64,000 nucleotides of DNA from Nannocystis bainbridge (GCF_028368995.1 NZ_JAQNDL010000003.1:2912001-2976000), one strand, 5' to 3'. Positions 49,478 to 61,438 are shown, numbered from the stretch's first letter. Numbers and translations: made by a program. Notes: generated by a model from the sequence alone, not told the origin.

Positions 49478-50385
49478 CATGCGTGCGCGAACTTCGGCTC
49501 GTCGACCAGCGGGATGAACTCGAGCTCGTCGCCGGGCACCCGGGCGAAGCGCTGCTCCTTCCATTCCTGGGCCGCCTGCTTGATGCGGTCCTGCGAGCTC
49601 GACACGAAGTTCCACCAGATGTAGCGCGGCTCCTCGAGCGGCTCGCCGCCGATCAGCGCCACCCGCGTCGGCACCGTCGCTGTCAGCGGCTCCACCGCCC
49701 CGCGCCTCAGCACCGCCATCGTCCGCGGCGGCACGATCCTGTCGCCGCTGCGCAGCTCGCCCTCGACCACGTACACCGCCCGCTCGGTCGCCGGCGGCAG
49801 CTCGAACTTCGCCCCCGGCTCGAGCAGCGCCTCGACGTAGACCAGCGGCGACGCGATCGGCGTCGGCGCGGTGACTCCGTAGGCCGAGCCAGCCAGCACG
49901 CGCAGGCGCACGCCGGGGCTCGAGAGCTCGGGGATCGTCTCGGCCGGGTGGTGCGAGAACGCCGGCTCCGACTCCTCGGCCGCGCGCGGCAGCGCGACCC
50001 ACAGCTGCAGCCCGTGCAGCCTCGGCCCCTGCGCGCGCGACTCCGCGGGCGTGCGCTCCGAATGCACGATCCCCCGACCGGCTGTCATCCAGTTGACCGC
50101 GCCAGGCCGGATCGCCTGCAGCGAGCCCACGCTGTCGCGGTGGAGGATCTCGCCGTCGAACAGGTAGGTCACCGTCGCCAGGCCGATGTGCGGGTGCGGC
50201 CGCACGTCCATCCCCAGGCCCGCCTCGAGGTGCGCCGGTCCCATGTGATCGAAGAACGCGAACGGGCCGACCATGCGCCGCGCCGGCGCCGGCAGCACGC
50301 GACCGACCTCGAACGCGTCGAGCTGCCGGGTGCGCGCCGCGATCTCGAGCTCGATCGCCGTGTCCGTGGATTCGTCTGCTTGCAT
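49477..50385 (-). CDS. Pirin family protein
   Basis: GPFAFFDH, RPHPHIG, WMTAGRGIVHSE, QLWVALP, WWNFVSS. Confidence 0.95.
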   Translation of the reverse strand: MQADESTDTAIELEIAARTRQLDAFEVGRVLPAPARRMVGPFAFFDHMGPAHLEAGLGMDVRPHPHIGLATVTYLFDGEILHRDSVGSLQAIRPGAVNWMTAGRGIVHSERTPAESRAQGPRLHGLQLWVALPRAAEESEPAFSHHPAETIPELSSPGVRLRVLAGSAYGVTAPTPIASPLVYVEALLEPGAKFELPPATERAVYVVEGELRSGDRIVPPRTMAVLRRGAVEPLTATVPTRVALIGGEPLEEPRYIWWNFVSSSQDRIKQAAQEWKEQRFARVPGDELEFIPLVDEPKFAHA

Positions 50386-50409
50386 GGTCACACTCCCGTG
50401 GCCCGAAGG

Positions 50410-50808
50410 TCAGGCCAGCGATTGACGGATCTCCACCGTCGCCGTCGTCATCAACTTGTGGATCGGGCACCGCAGCACGGTCTCGTGCAGCTTGTGCTTG
50501 TCGGCGTCGCTGAGCGCGCCCTCGAAGCCGAGCTTGACGTTCAGCACGTAGGTGCCCTGGCGCTCCTGCGAGTCGTCACGCTCGACCTCGACCGTGACGC
50601 GCTCGAGCGCGATGCCCCGCGACTTGGCGTAGACGCAGGCGGTCAGGGCCTTGCAAGTCGCCAGCGAGGCGTCGAAAAGGTCGTGCGGGCCAGGGGCCGA
50701 GGCCGCGCCGCCGAGCGCGCCGCTCACGTCGGCGTGCAGCGTGTGCGCGTCGATCGACACGACCTGGCGGAATTGCGGGGGGCTCTCGTTCGTCGAGCGG
50801 ATCGTCAT
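50410..50808 (-). CDS. OsmC family protein
   Basis: PGPHDLFDASLATC, RCPIHK. Confidence 0.9.
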   Translation of the reverse strand: MTIRSTNESPPQFRQVVSIDAHTLHADVSGALGGAASAPGPHDLFDASLATCKALTACVYAKSRGIALERVTVEVERDDSQERQGTYVLNVKLGFEGALSDADKHKLHETVLRCPIHKLMTTATVEIRQSLA

Positions 50809-50813
50809 GGGTC

Positions 50814-51362
50814 TCACTTCTGTTTTACCAGAGAGACCTCGATGTTGATCGTGACCTCGTCGCCGACCATCGCCCCGCCGAGCTCGAGCAGGGCGTTCCA
50901 TGTGATGCCGAACTCGGAGCGGCGAATCTTGGTCTTGGCCGACGCGCCGATGCGGGTGTTGCCCCACGGGTCGGCGGTCTCGCCGGTGACGTCCTCGACC
51001 TTGAGCACGACCTCACGCGTCTGGTCGCGGATCGTCAGGTCGCCGACCAAATCGTAGCCGTCGTCCGTGCGGGTCACGCGCTTGGAGGCGAAGGTCATGG
51101 TGGGGAACTTGTCGGCGTCGAAGAAATCGGCGCTGCGCAGGTGGGCGTCGCGCTGCTCCTCGCGGGTGTGGATCGAGCCGATCTCGACGGTGGCGGTGAC
51201 GCGAGCAGCAGACGGATCCTGCGAGTCGAGCACCACTTCGCCGGCGAACTTCTTGAACTCACCGCGGACGTTGGTAATCATCATGTGGCGGACGCTGAAG
51301 CCGACGCTCGAGTGCGAGGGGTCGATGTTCCAGCGGGTGGCGGTGTTCGAGGCAGTCGTCAT
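50814..51362 (-). CDS. YceI family protein
   Basis: WNIDPSHSSVGF, RDAHLRSADFF, GDLTI, RSEFG. Confidence 0.95.
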   Translation of the reverse strand: MTTASNTATRWNIDPSHSSVGFSVRHMMITNVRGEFKKFAGEVVLDSQDPSAARVTATVEIGSIHTREEQRDAHLRSADFFDADKFPTMTFASKRVTRTDDGYDLVGDLTIRDQTREVVLKVEDVTGETADPWGNTRIGASAKTKIRRSEFGITWNALLELGGAMVGDEVTINIEVSLVKQK

Positions 51363-51415
51363 GGATCCCAGGGTGAGCCCCGCCCGCGCCGACCACTAGC
51401 CCTCGCGCGGCGAAC

Positions 51416-51442
51416 CGATTGTTGCTCTCGGGCGAACAATCG
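51416..51442. promoter_or_regulatory. Inverted repeat upstream of the yceI-osmC-pirin operon, candidate LysR-type site
   Basis: CGATTGTT-N11-AACAATCG, about 55 bp before the start codon. Confidence 0.55.
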
Positions 51443-51626
51443 CGCGGCGCTGTCCTGACGCGGCGGTCGCTTCGCTAGCGCCCGCGATCGTGCTTCGCGT
51501 CGTGGTGAGGCTGCCGGGCCATCGGCGCAGTGCTTACTTTCGTGCTCCGGGCGGTGAGCCTGCGGGGCGACCGGACCGCGACGGGCCTGCTGTCCTGCTT
51601 CGCGAATTGCCGACTGCGCCTCGCGG

Positions 51627-51728
51627 GGGGCCCGGGGAAGGGTCGGTCGCGAGTTCAGCGTCTGCATGCGCGCTCGTGCCTCGCGCTCATGCTGCCTCGT
51701 ATTCGCGACCGACCCTTCCCCGGACCCC
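51627..51728. repeat. ~100-bp element with a perfect 21-bp inverted repeat (MITE-like or hairpin)
   Basis: CCGGGGAAGGGTCGGTCGCGA (51632-51652) is the exact reverse complement of 51703-51723; GGGG/CCCC extension after one mismatch. Confidence 0.75.
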
Positions 51729-52051
51729 TGGCACGGCTGCAGCCGTGAGGGGCCGACCCGCCGTCGTGGGCTCCGCTGGCGGATGTCCTCCGGGACAGGT
51801 TCATGAGCGGGCGTCGGACGGCCAGGGCTGGCCGCCCGACACCCGCCGTCTCGCGTCATTCACGGCGTGTCCTTCTGGCGGCTCGTCGTCACGCTCGAGC
51901 GCCCCGTAACGCCGGCAGGATCCCGACACCTGCCGCCTCGCTTCCTCGGGCGACGTCTCACGACGAACGACAGCACGGCCGCGATGCGCATCATCGCGGG
52001 AGTCCAGGGACCGCAGGCTCGCACATCAGGTCGTGGCTTTTATTGGGATGT

Positions 52052-52495
52052 TCACGACGGGGGCGGCGGGCAAGTCGGTGCTGCATCGCCGCAACGCGCC
52101 TCGAGCATCCCCGCGTCGACGATGTCGAGGACCTCGCACGGCGGCGACGGCGGCCGGTCTTTCCTCTCACAATGCACCCACTGCCCCATCCGGACGCGTC
52201 CCGTCTCGGCGGGCGTGATGTACACGATGGTCTGCCCCTCCTCCTGCCGCGAGGCGATCGCCCGCACGCAATCGATCGGCAACGAGTCGCACGCGTCGCG
52301 CCCCATCGCCGTCACCACCGACGCCGCGGCTACAGGGACCACCGGCGCCGCGACCTCATGCACCGCCGGGACCGCGCTAGCGGGCTCTGCCTCGTGCCCC
52401 GCGGCAGCTCTCTCGACCGGAGCCCCTGTACACGCAGCCACCATGATGATGATCACCGCAGCCCACATCCCTCGCATCGACCGGTCGTGATTCAT
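52052..52495 (-). CDS. Hypothetical lipoprotein
   Basis: MVAAC lipobox; several Cys. Confidence 0.55.
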   Translation of the reverse strand: MNHDRSMRGMWAAVIIIMVAACTGAPVERAAAGHEAEPASAVPAVHEVAAPVVPVAAASVVTAMGRDACDSLPIDCVRAIASRQEEGQTIVYITPAETGRVRMGQWVHCERKDRPPSPPCEVLDIVDAGMLEARCGDAAPTCPPPPS

Positions 52496-52621
52496 CGCGG
52501 CTCCCCTCGCGAGCGGGACGGTAGCATCGGCATCGCTCCTGGGCAGACCCAACGCCGGTGCACCTGCGGCTTCATCCCGCGTCTTTCGAATTCAGTGCTC
52601 GCGCTCGCCATCCGCCAGCGC

Positions 52622-52850
52622 GTGCTTACAACCTTCGTCCGCTCACCATCGCCAGCGCGGGGCCTCGACCATCGTCTGCTCGGCGTCCAACCAGCGCAGG
52701 ACCACGACCTCCGTCCGCTCGTCGTCCCGCCCATGGGGATCACGACCTCCGTCCGCTCGTCGTCTCCCGCCCTTGGGGATCACGACCATCGCCCGCTCGT
52801 CATCCCGCCCGTGGCGACCACGACCATCGCCCGCGCGTCATCCCACCAGA
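52622..52850. repeat. Degenerate 38-40-bp intergenic tandem repeat (about 6 units)
   Basis: GGA(C/T)CACGACC..CG.CCGCTCGTC.TCCCGCCC.TGG recurring; clearest from 52699. Confidence 0.75.
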
Positions 52851-53152
52851 GCGGGGCCACCACGCTCTCCGCAGGCGGACGGGAGGCGGCGCAGTGGGAC
52901 GCAGCCGGGGGCCCCATGCCTCGCGCGGAGACGCCGCGCCGATCTTCGGACTCGCCGATGTTCCCCTCGGCGTCGAGCACGTGGCATGGCAGGTCCGGCG
53001 TCGCGACGGGACCCGCTGCGCCGCCTCCCGTCCGCCCCACGACGATCGCCGAGGCCCCGCCCCTCGAAGACAAGACGATCGCCTCGAAGAGCCCGAGACG
53101 ATCGCCAGAGAAAATCGCCTCGAGGAGCAGCCCCCTCGAGGCAATCGCCCGC

Positions 53153-55162
53153 TCAGCGCGACAGATACGGGTAGCTCTGCAGCACCCCGAGCAGCCACGA
53201 CTCGCCGAGCGTCGTCTCGACCGCCAGGTGGCGGTCGCGCAGCCAGCGGATCATCCGCTCCACATCGAAGTCCATCGACGACAGCACGTCTTCGCAGGTC
53301 GCGCCCATCTTGATCTCGAACGTGAGGTTCTCGCCGAGCTCCACGCGTTCGCTGCCTGGAAGGACCATGTCGTCGTCCGGGTTGCGGAGGATCACCTCGT
53401 GGCAGCGGGCGAACAGGTTGTGCACGTTGCCCAGGCTGTCCTGGTACGCCCCCGTCATGAAGAACCCCAGGTAGTACTTCTCGTCCGAACCGCGGCGCTG
53501 CTCGTGCAGCGGCAGGTACGGCATGTTCTCGTCGGGGTGGGCGAACGTCTCCACGCAGCCGTCGCTGTCGCACGTGATGTCGACGATCTGCGCGTTGATG
53601 GTCGGCTTCTCGCCGTGGCGGGACAGCGGCGCCGCGGGGAACACCTGGTCGATGCTCCACGCGTCGGGGATGCTCTGGAAGATCGAGAAGTTGACCAGGT
53701 ACTTCTGGTGGGCCTTGCCGAGGAAATCGACGATCTCCTCCGGCGGGTGCTGCATCGCCTCGACGATCTGCTTGACCTTGTTGCGGATCCGTCCGAACAG
53801 GCCCTCGGCGCTGGCGCGGTCCTGCAGGCTCAGGTAGCCGCGCGAGAACAGCTGCAGGCACTCGTCGCGGTAGTCGATCGCGTCGTGGAAGTACTCCTCG
53901 ACGTTCTTGATGTTGAGGCTCTCGAGCGTGTTGCGCAGCTCGTGGACCAGGCGGTGCTCGTCTTCGGCGGGCTCGGGCACCGGCATCAGCTCGCCCTGGA
54001 CCTCGCGCAGGTCGGCGATCGTCACCGCGTGGTTGGCCACCACCACGCGGCCTGACTCCGTCAGCAGCGTCGGCTGGCGGGCCCCCACCTCGCGGCAGGC
54101 CTCGATCACCTCGAACACCACCTGCGACGCGTACTCCTCGAGCGAGTAGTTGGCCGACGACGGGTACGACGTGCGCGAGCCGTCGTAGTCGACGCCGATG
54201 CCGCCGCCGAGGTCGAGGTAGCGCAGCCGCGGCGCCAGCTGCTGCATCTCGGCGTAGATGCGCGCGCCCTCGCGGACCGCCGTCTTGATGCGCTTGATCT
54301 GGGTGATCTGCGAGCCGATGTGGAAGTGCAGCAGCGACAGCTGCTCGACCATGCCGGCGGCCGTCAGCTCGCGCACCACGCCAAGCAGCTCATTGGTCGT
54401 CAGGCCGAACTTGCTGCTCTCGCCGCCCGAGCTCTGCCAGCGGCCGCTGCCGCGGCTGTACAGCTTGGCGCGCATGCCGACCTCGGGCTTCGCCGTCCAG
54501 TCCTGCTCCTGATAGACGTCGAGGTAGCGCCGGACCTCGCGCGTCGACTCGAGCACGATGATCACGTGGTGCCCGAGCTCGGCCGCGTGGAACGCCATGC
54601 GCATGAACTCGCGGTCCTTGTAGCCGTTGCAGACCAGCAGCGAGCCCTTGAGCGGCGGCTGGGCCATCGCCAGCAGCAGCTCCGGCTTCGAGCCGGCCTC
54701 GAGCCCGTAGTTGAACTTCTCGCGGGCCTTGACCACCGTGTCGACCACGCTGCGGCGCTGGTTGACCTTGAGCGGGTACACGCCGATGTGCTTGCCCTCG
54801 TAGCTGTTGTCGGCGATCGCCTTGGCGAACCCGTCCTTCAGCGTCCCCATCTGGTTCTCGATCATCGTCGGGAAGCGGACCACGTAGGGCGTGCGGATGC
54901 CGCGGCGCGCCAGCTCCTGCGACAGCGCGTACAGGTCGACCGCCGGCGAGTTCGGGGCCGCGAACACCAGGTGGCCCTCGCCGTTGGAGCGGATGAACGC
55001 GCTGCCCCAGCGGTTGATGCCGTAGCGTTTGAACGACGTCTCGACCGCGAGCGCGAGCGCCTGCGCCGAGCGCTTGCTCGCGTCGGGCTCGAGACCCGCC
55101 GGCACCTCGACCGCCACCGGCGCCGCCGGCTTGACCACATCTGCTTCCGTCGTCTGGCTCAT
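53153..55162 (-). CDS. speA: Biosynthetic arginine decarboxylase
   Basis: VYPLKVNQ (PLP Lys), GLEAGSKPEL, CNGYKD, HFHIGSQ, DITCDSDG, GAYQD. Confidence 0.95.
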   Translation of the reverse strand: MSQTTEADVVKPAAPVAVEVPAGLEPDASKRSAQALALAVETSFKRYGINRWGSAFIRSNGEGHLVFAAPNSPAVDLYALSQELARRGIRTPYVVRFPTMIENQMGTLKDGFAKAIADNSYEGKHIGVYPLKVNQRRSVVDTVVKAREKFNYGLEAGSKPELLLAMAQPPLKGSLLVCNGYKDREFMRMAFHAAELGHHVIIVLESTREVRRYLDVYQEQDWTAKPEVGMRAKLYSRGSGRWQSSGGESSKFGLTTNELLGVVRELTAAGMVEQLSLLHFHIGSQITQIKRIKTAVREGARIYAEMQQLAPRLRYLDLGGGIGVDYDGSRTSYPSSANYSLEEYASQVVFEVIEACREVGARQPTLLTESGRVVVANHAVTIADLREVQGELMPVPEPAEDEHRLVHELRNTLESLNIKNVEEYFHDAIDYRDECLQLFSRGYLSLQDRASAEGLFGRIRNKVKQIVEAMQHPPEEIVDFLGKAHQKYLVNFSIFQSIPDAWSIDQVFPAAPLSRHGEKPTINAQIVDITCDSDGCVETFAHPDENMPYLPLHEQRRGSDEKYYLGFFMTGAYQDSLGNVHNLFARCHEVILRNPDDDMVLPGSERVELGENLTFEIKMGATCEDVLSSMDFDVERMIRWLRDRHLAVETTLGESWLLGVLQSYPYLSR

Positions 55163-55434
55163 CTCGCCGGGGATGATGGGTGCGCATCGGCCCCGGCCGC
55201 AAGGCCCTCCCGGCGATCTCCCGCGGCCGGCGCCGGTGTCGGCCGTGCGGAGCCCGGAATTACGGGCGAGCGGGCCCCACGGACCCCGCCGGCCCGAGCC
55301 GCGAGGGCCACCGTTCGCGCCGGTCGCGGCGGGCGGGCCTCGCACCGCCCGCCGCTCGTCGCCCCGGTTGCTCGCCCGCGCCTCTGCTATCCTCCCGCCC
55401 CGCGCCCGCAGGGCGCCCCAGGAGTCGTCACGGC

Positions 55435-57114
<1,680 letters not shown>

Positions 57115-57117
57115 GCA

Positions 57118-57173
57118 TGCTCTGAAGACCATGCCCGCGAGGACATGTCTTCGCGGGCATGTCCTTTGGGTCA
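57118..57173. repeat. Array of 4 tiled 14-bp palindromes at a convergent junction
   Basis: TGCTCTGAAGACCA, TGCCCGCGAGGACA, TGTCTTCGCGGGCA, TGTCCTTTGGGTCA. Confidence 0.85.
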
Positions 57174-57187
57174 CACGGACCCCTCGC

Positions 57188-58807
57188 TCAGTAGTTCCAG
57201 GCCACGCAGTCGGTCGTCGTGCGCACGACGAACTCGGCCAGCGTGCGCAGGTTCCTGGTGAACGTCGCGGTGTCGAGGTAGTCGCCCGGGGTGGCGCCGC
57301 TGCGCGGGCCGCCCGGGCCGTAGCTGGTGATCCACCGCTCGTTGTTCACGGCGGCGTCGACGGCCTGCGCCGTGTCGGCGCGCAGCTTCTGGCACGAACG
57401 CTTCATCACGGTCGTGTCGCTCGCCAATCGGTCGTACTCGGCGCGCAGCGCCGCCAGCTGCGACGGGCCCTCCCACCCGTAGTTCTGGTAGGTCGGCGGC
57501 GCCTGCGAGAAGCGGACCGGATACCCGCCCGGGTTGACGGTGAAGAAGCCGACGTTCGCCGGCGAGGTGTCGTCGAGCTCGATGTAGCGGTGGATCGACG
57601 TGTCGTTCGCGTGGTCGACGGTCTCGAGGTACGCGAGCGCGGTCCCCACCGCGGCGCGGTTGGCCGGCACGCCCGGGTCGAGCTGGTAGAGGCGGAGCAG
57701 CGCCCACATGACGTCCTGGCTCTCCTGCCCGGCGATCGCCGGCACTTCCCAGCTGCGCGCCCACCGTGGCTGCATCTGGATGTCGTACTGCTGGGCCCAG
57801 GCCGGCTGCGGCTGAGGCATCTGCGCGCGGCGCAGGAAATCGCCGTAGGCGGTGAGCATGGCCTGGTAGGTCGTGGCCTGCGCCGGATAGACCTGCCTGG
57901 CCCAGTACAGCATCTCGACGAAGGCCGACGCCAGGTTGTCGTTCAACGTCGGGTCGTCCCAGTACTCGTTGCCGTAGGCGTTGGCGTAGCAGTTGGCGAG
58001 GCCGCACGCGGTCCCGATCGAGGGCGGATAGCTGGCCTGCAGCGCCGGCCGGGCGGCGACGGGACCGGCGAACCCCTGCGGAAAGCCGCCGTGGGTCGGG
58101 TACTGCGAGGTCTCCACGCGCGCGCGGGCGTAGGCCGAGGAGCCGGAGAGCGCCGTATCGGCGAAGCCGAACAGTTGGTCGGTGCGCATCATCGCAACCA
58201 GCGCCAGCTGGGTGACCTGGTCGTCGTAGACCGAGAACTTGCAGCCGCCGCAGCTACAGCTCGCCGTGGTGTTGAGGTAGCAGGCCTTGAGCGTCGGCGT
58301 CGGCTTGAAGTCCGCGTAGAGGCGCCAGCCGCCCGATTTGACCTGCCCGTGGCGCAACGCCATGGCCGCGTCCTTCGCGTAGGTCTTGAGCGCCGGCGTC
58401 GCCGGGTCGGCGAGGGCGGCCTCGACGAACGCGATCGTCACGTCCGCCGTGCCGGGTGACTGGATCATGATCTGATCGTCGTCGAGCTGGATGTCGCCCC
58501 AGCGCTCGCTCAGGTTGGTGGCGTTGTGGTGCCACGCGTAGCCGCCGTGCCGGGCGACGTTGTCGTGGAAGAACTTCGCCGCGTTCCGCATGCGCCCGAG
58601 CGCCTTGGCCCGCAGCGGCGTCGCGGCGGCCGGCTCCGCCTCACCGATCGCCAGGTTCGGTCGTGAGCCGTCGCGCGCCGGCTCGGCGCCGGTCGAGTCG
58701 CTCTCCACTTCGGTGTCCGTCGTTTCGCTCTCCGATTCGGTGCCTGGCGCGTCGCAGGCGAACTGCGAGAGGAGCGGGAAGAGAGCGAGCGTAAGCAGTC
58801 TTTTCAT
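57188..58807 (-). CDS. Pectate lyase PL10-like lipoprotein
   Basis: SQFAC lipobox; GGFPQ, TLNDN, AWAQQYD...PRWARSWEVPAI...ES. Confidence 0.75.
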   Translation of the reverse strand: MKRLLTLALFPLLSQFACDAPGTESESETTDTEVESDSTGAEPARDGSRPNLAIGEAEPAAATPLRAKALGRMRNAAKFFHDNVARHGGYAWHHNATNLSERWGDIQLDDDQIMIQSPGTADVTIAFVEAALADPATPALKTYAKDAAMALRHGQVKSGGWRLYADFKPTPTLKACYLNTTASCSCGGCKFSVYDDQVTQLALVAMMRTDQLFGFADTALSGSSAYARARVETSQYPTHGGFPQGFAGPVAARPALQASYPPSIGTACGLANCYANAYGNEYWDDPTLNDNLASAFVEMLYWARQVYPAQATTYQAMLTAYGDFLRRAQMPQPQPAWAQQYDIQMQPRWARSWEVPAIAGQESQDVMWALLRLYQLDPGVPANRAAVGTALAYLETVDHANDTSIHRYIELDDTSPANVGFFTVNPGGYPVRFSQAPPTYQNYGWEGPSQLAALRAEYDRLASDTTVMKRSCQKLRADTAQAVDAAVNNERWITSYGPGGPRSGATPGDYLDTATFTRNLRTLAEFVVRTTTDCVAWNY

Positions 58808-59150
58808 GAACGAGATTCTCCTGTTTCAGCGGTCGTGATCGATGGTCCACGCGTGCGGCCTCGCCGAGAACGTCCTGCCGCGCGCGGCCCGGCCCGCCCA
58901 TCGGAGCGCGCCGGAGCGCGCCGGAGTCGTAACGAAAGACCCACGCCGGGCACGGTCCCCGATCGGCCGGCAACGTTACAAACCACGGCACCGAAGTCGC
59001 GACCTCGGTCGACGACGAGCGCGAGCGCGCTCGAGTCCGTCTCTGCATGAGGACGACTCGAGGCTCGCGTCACCGGCTCATGTCACCCGCTTCGCGCGTC
59101 GCCGCTCCCTTGCGCGACGCGAATCATTGCTGTCCCTTGGGACATGACCT

Positions 59151-59408
59151 TCAGACCAGCCGCGGCATCCGCTCCAGCGCCGCCTGGCGCTCGAGCAGCA
59201 CCGCCGTCAGCACCGCCCGCACCGCCGGCGCGTCGAGCCCGCGCAGGTGGCCGAGCAGGTGGTCCATGTGGATCTGGAACCCGCAGCGCGTCACCTCGAC
59301 CGGCGTCAGCGGGCACTGCATCTCGCCGCGGTGGAGCAGCGCCAAAAACCGCTTGAGGTCCTCGGTGGGCACACGGACGAGCGCGTTCTGCAGCATCGCC
59401 GGGGGCAT
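59151..59408 (-). CDS. Small hypothetical protein
   Basis: About 85-aa helical ORF (LRGLDAPAVRAVLTAVLLER). Confidence 0.65.
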   Translation of the reverse strand: MPPAMLQNALVRVPTEDLKRFLALLHRGEMQCPLTPVEVTRCGFQIHMDHLLGHLRGLDAPAVRAVLTAVLLERQAALERMPRLV

Positions 59409-59571
59409 AGCCCCTCGCCCGCCTGCGGGCAAGCGCGGGCGCCTCGCGCGTCGCGCTCGCCCGGGCCCGCCGACGCCCTCGCGCGCCGCACGGGCCGCGC
59501 TCGCTCACGAAGCCGGCGACGTGCTCACCGGCATCCGACCTCGCCACGACGGTCCGTCGCGCCCGGCCGCC

Positions 59572-60063
59572 TCAGCCTTCCGGCGGCGGGTCCGGCAGGC
59601 GGAACGACCTTATGAAATCTTCGCCCGCGCTGTGACAGCCGACGCACACGTCGGGTCGGCCGGAGAAGCGCGGCTGGTCGCTCGAGCCGTCGTACTGCTC
59701 CCACGCCCACACGCCGGCCTGCTTCTGCATCACCGCGACCTGGACCAGCGACCCGCCCTCGGCCGCGTCGTAGCCGGCCAGGACCACCATCGCGTCCTCG
59801 GACCAGGCCAGCAGCCCCTCGGGCAGCACCATCGCCAGGTCGGCGACCACCACGTCGTTGATGTAGATGTCGACGAACCCGCCGTGCGGCGCGACCACCG
59901 GCTGGCGCTTCTCACGGTTCTTCGGCCGGGCCCACATCGTGTAATCGCCGGCCTCGGCCAGCAGCGTCGGCGCCTCGGACACCGGCTGCAGCGGCTCCTC
60001 GCAGCCCGCGGGCAGGGCCCCGAGGGCGACGGCGGCGATCGCGGCGCGGCGGCGCATCGACAT
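59572..60063 (-). CDS. Monoheme c-type lipoprotein, cytochrome P460-like
   Basis: LPAGC lipobox; VMQK...WAWEQY...C-terminal CVGCH. Confidence 0.6.
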   Translation of the reverse strand: MSMRRRAAIAAVALGALPAGCEEPLQPVSEAPTLLAEAGDYTMWARPKNREKRQPVVAPHGGFVDIYINDVVVADLAMVLPEGLLAWSEDAMVVLAGYDAAEGGSLVQVAVMQKQAGVWAWEQYDGSSDQPRFSGRPDVCVGCHSAGEDFIRSFRLPDPPPEG

Positions 60064-60106
60064 CGTCGACACCATAACACCCTTTGCGGCTACGATCCGC
60101 GCCCCC

Positions 60107-61435
60107 GTGCCGAGAAACCCCATCACCGCCCGCGCCCTGGCCGTTCAGACCCTCCGGCAGATCGATCAACGCCGCGGCTTCAGCAACCGGATCCTGGCCG
60201 AGCAGTTCGAGCGTCACCCGGACCTCGAGCGGCGCGAGCGCGGCCTCACCACCAACCTCGTGTACGGCGTGCTGCGCCACCGCGGCCGCCTCGACGCGCT
60301 GATCGACGCCGTCGCCGTGCGCCCGAAGAACCTCAGCGCCCGCGCGCGAGAGATCGCCCGCGTCGCCGTGTTCGAGCTGCGCGAGCTGCAGCACCCGCCG
60401 CACGCCGCGATCTCGCAGGCCCTCGGCCTCGCCACCGCGCTCGACCCGAGCGGCGGCCTGGCCCGCCCGCTGCACGCCATCCTCTCCGCCATCGACCGCG
60501 AAGGCGCCGCCGCCGACGCCCGCCTCGCCGCCGGCAAGCCGCTCGACGTGCTCGCCGATCGCTGGTCGATCCCCCGCTGGCTCGCGGGCCGCTGGATCGC
60601 CAACCTCGGCCCCGACCTCGCCCTCGCCCGCGCCCGCGCCCTCGCCGAGCCGCCCGCCGTCGAGCTGCGCGTCGACCTGTCCCGAACGACAGCCGACGAC
60701 GTCGCCGCGGCCCTGCGCGAGGCCGAGCCGAAGGCCCTCGTCGAGCCGATCGCCGACCAGCCGCAGGCCCTGCGGGTGCGCAGCGGCGGCGAGCTGGTCC
60801 GCCACCCGCTGCACGAGCGCGGCCTGTTCTCGGTCCAGGCCCTCGGGGCGCAGCGCGCCGCCCTGACTCTTGCGCCATGTCCTGAAGAACATGTCCTGGA
60901 CGCCTGCGCCGGCATGGGCACCAAGTCGCTGCAGCTGGCCGAGCTGATGGGCCGCCGCGGCCGTCTGGTCGCCGCCGACGCCAGCGAGCTCCGGCTCGGC
61001 GAGCACGCCGCCCTGCGCCGCCGCGGCGGGCTCGACGTCGAGGGCCTCGAATTCACCTCGGTGATCGCCGACCTCGCCGCCGATGAGCCGCAGCCCGGCG
61101 TCGACGACTCGACCTACGACGCCGTCCTGCTCGACGCCCCCTGCACCGGCCTCGGCAACCTGGCCCGCCACCCCGAGCTGCGCGGCACCGTGCAGTTCGC
61201 GGACATCGCCGTCTGCGCCGCCCTCCAGCGCCGCCTGCTCGACCGCAGCCGCGCCCGCGTGCGCCCCGGCGGCCGCCTGGTCTACGCCGTCTGCAGCCTC
61301 GAGCCCGAGGAGGGCCCGCGCCTGGTCCGCGCCGCGTGCGACGCCGGCAGCTTCACGCTCGAGCACGAGGAGACCTGGACGCCCGAGGCCCACCAGACCG
61401 ACGGCTTCTACCTGGCCCGCCTGCGCCCGAGCTGA
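60107..61435 (+). CDS. rsmB: 16S rRNA m5C methyltransferase RsmB/Sun (NusB + NOL1/NOP2 domains)
   Basis: LVYGVLRH, VLDACAG.G.K, LLDAPCTG.G, LVYAVCS, TDGFY. Confidence 0.88.
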   Translation: MPRNPITARALAVQTLRQIDQRRGFSNRILAEQFERHPDLERRERGLTTNLVYGVLRHRGRLDALIDAVAVRPKNLSARAREIARVAVFELRELQHPPHAAISQALGLATALDPSGGLARPLHAILSAIDREGAAADARLAAGKPLDVLADRWSIPRWLAGRWIANLGPDLALARARALAEPPAVELRVDLSRTTADDVAAALREAEPKALVEPIADQPQALRVRSGGELVRHPLHERGLFSVQALGAQRAALTLAPCPEEHVLDACAGMGTKSLQLAELMGRRGRLVAADASELRLGEHAALRRRGGLDVEGLEFTSVIADLAADEPQPGVDDSTYDAVLLDAPCTGLGNLARHPELRGTVQFADIAVCAALQRRLLDRSRARVRPGGRLVYAVCSLEPEEGPRLVRAACDAGSFTLEHEETWTPEAHQTDGFYLARLRPS

Positions 61436-61438
61436 GCC

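Noticed and set aside
59151-59408. Fragment of a DISARM DrmC-like defence gene
   Set aside because: Only a vague helical resemblance; no HKD domain or other drm genes nearby.
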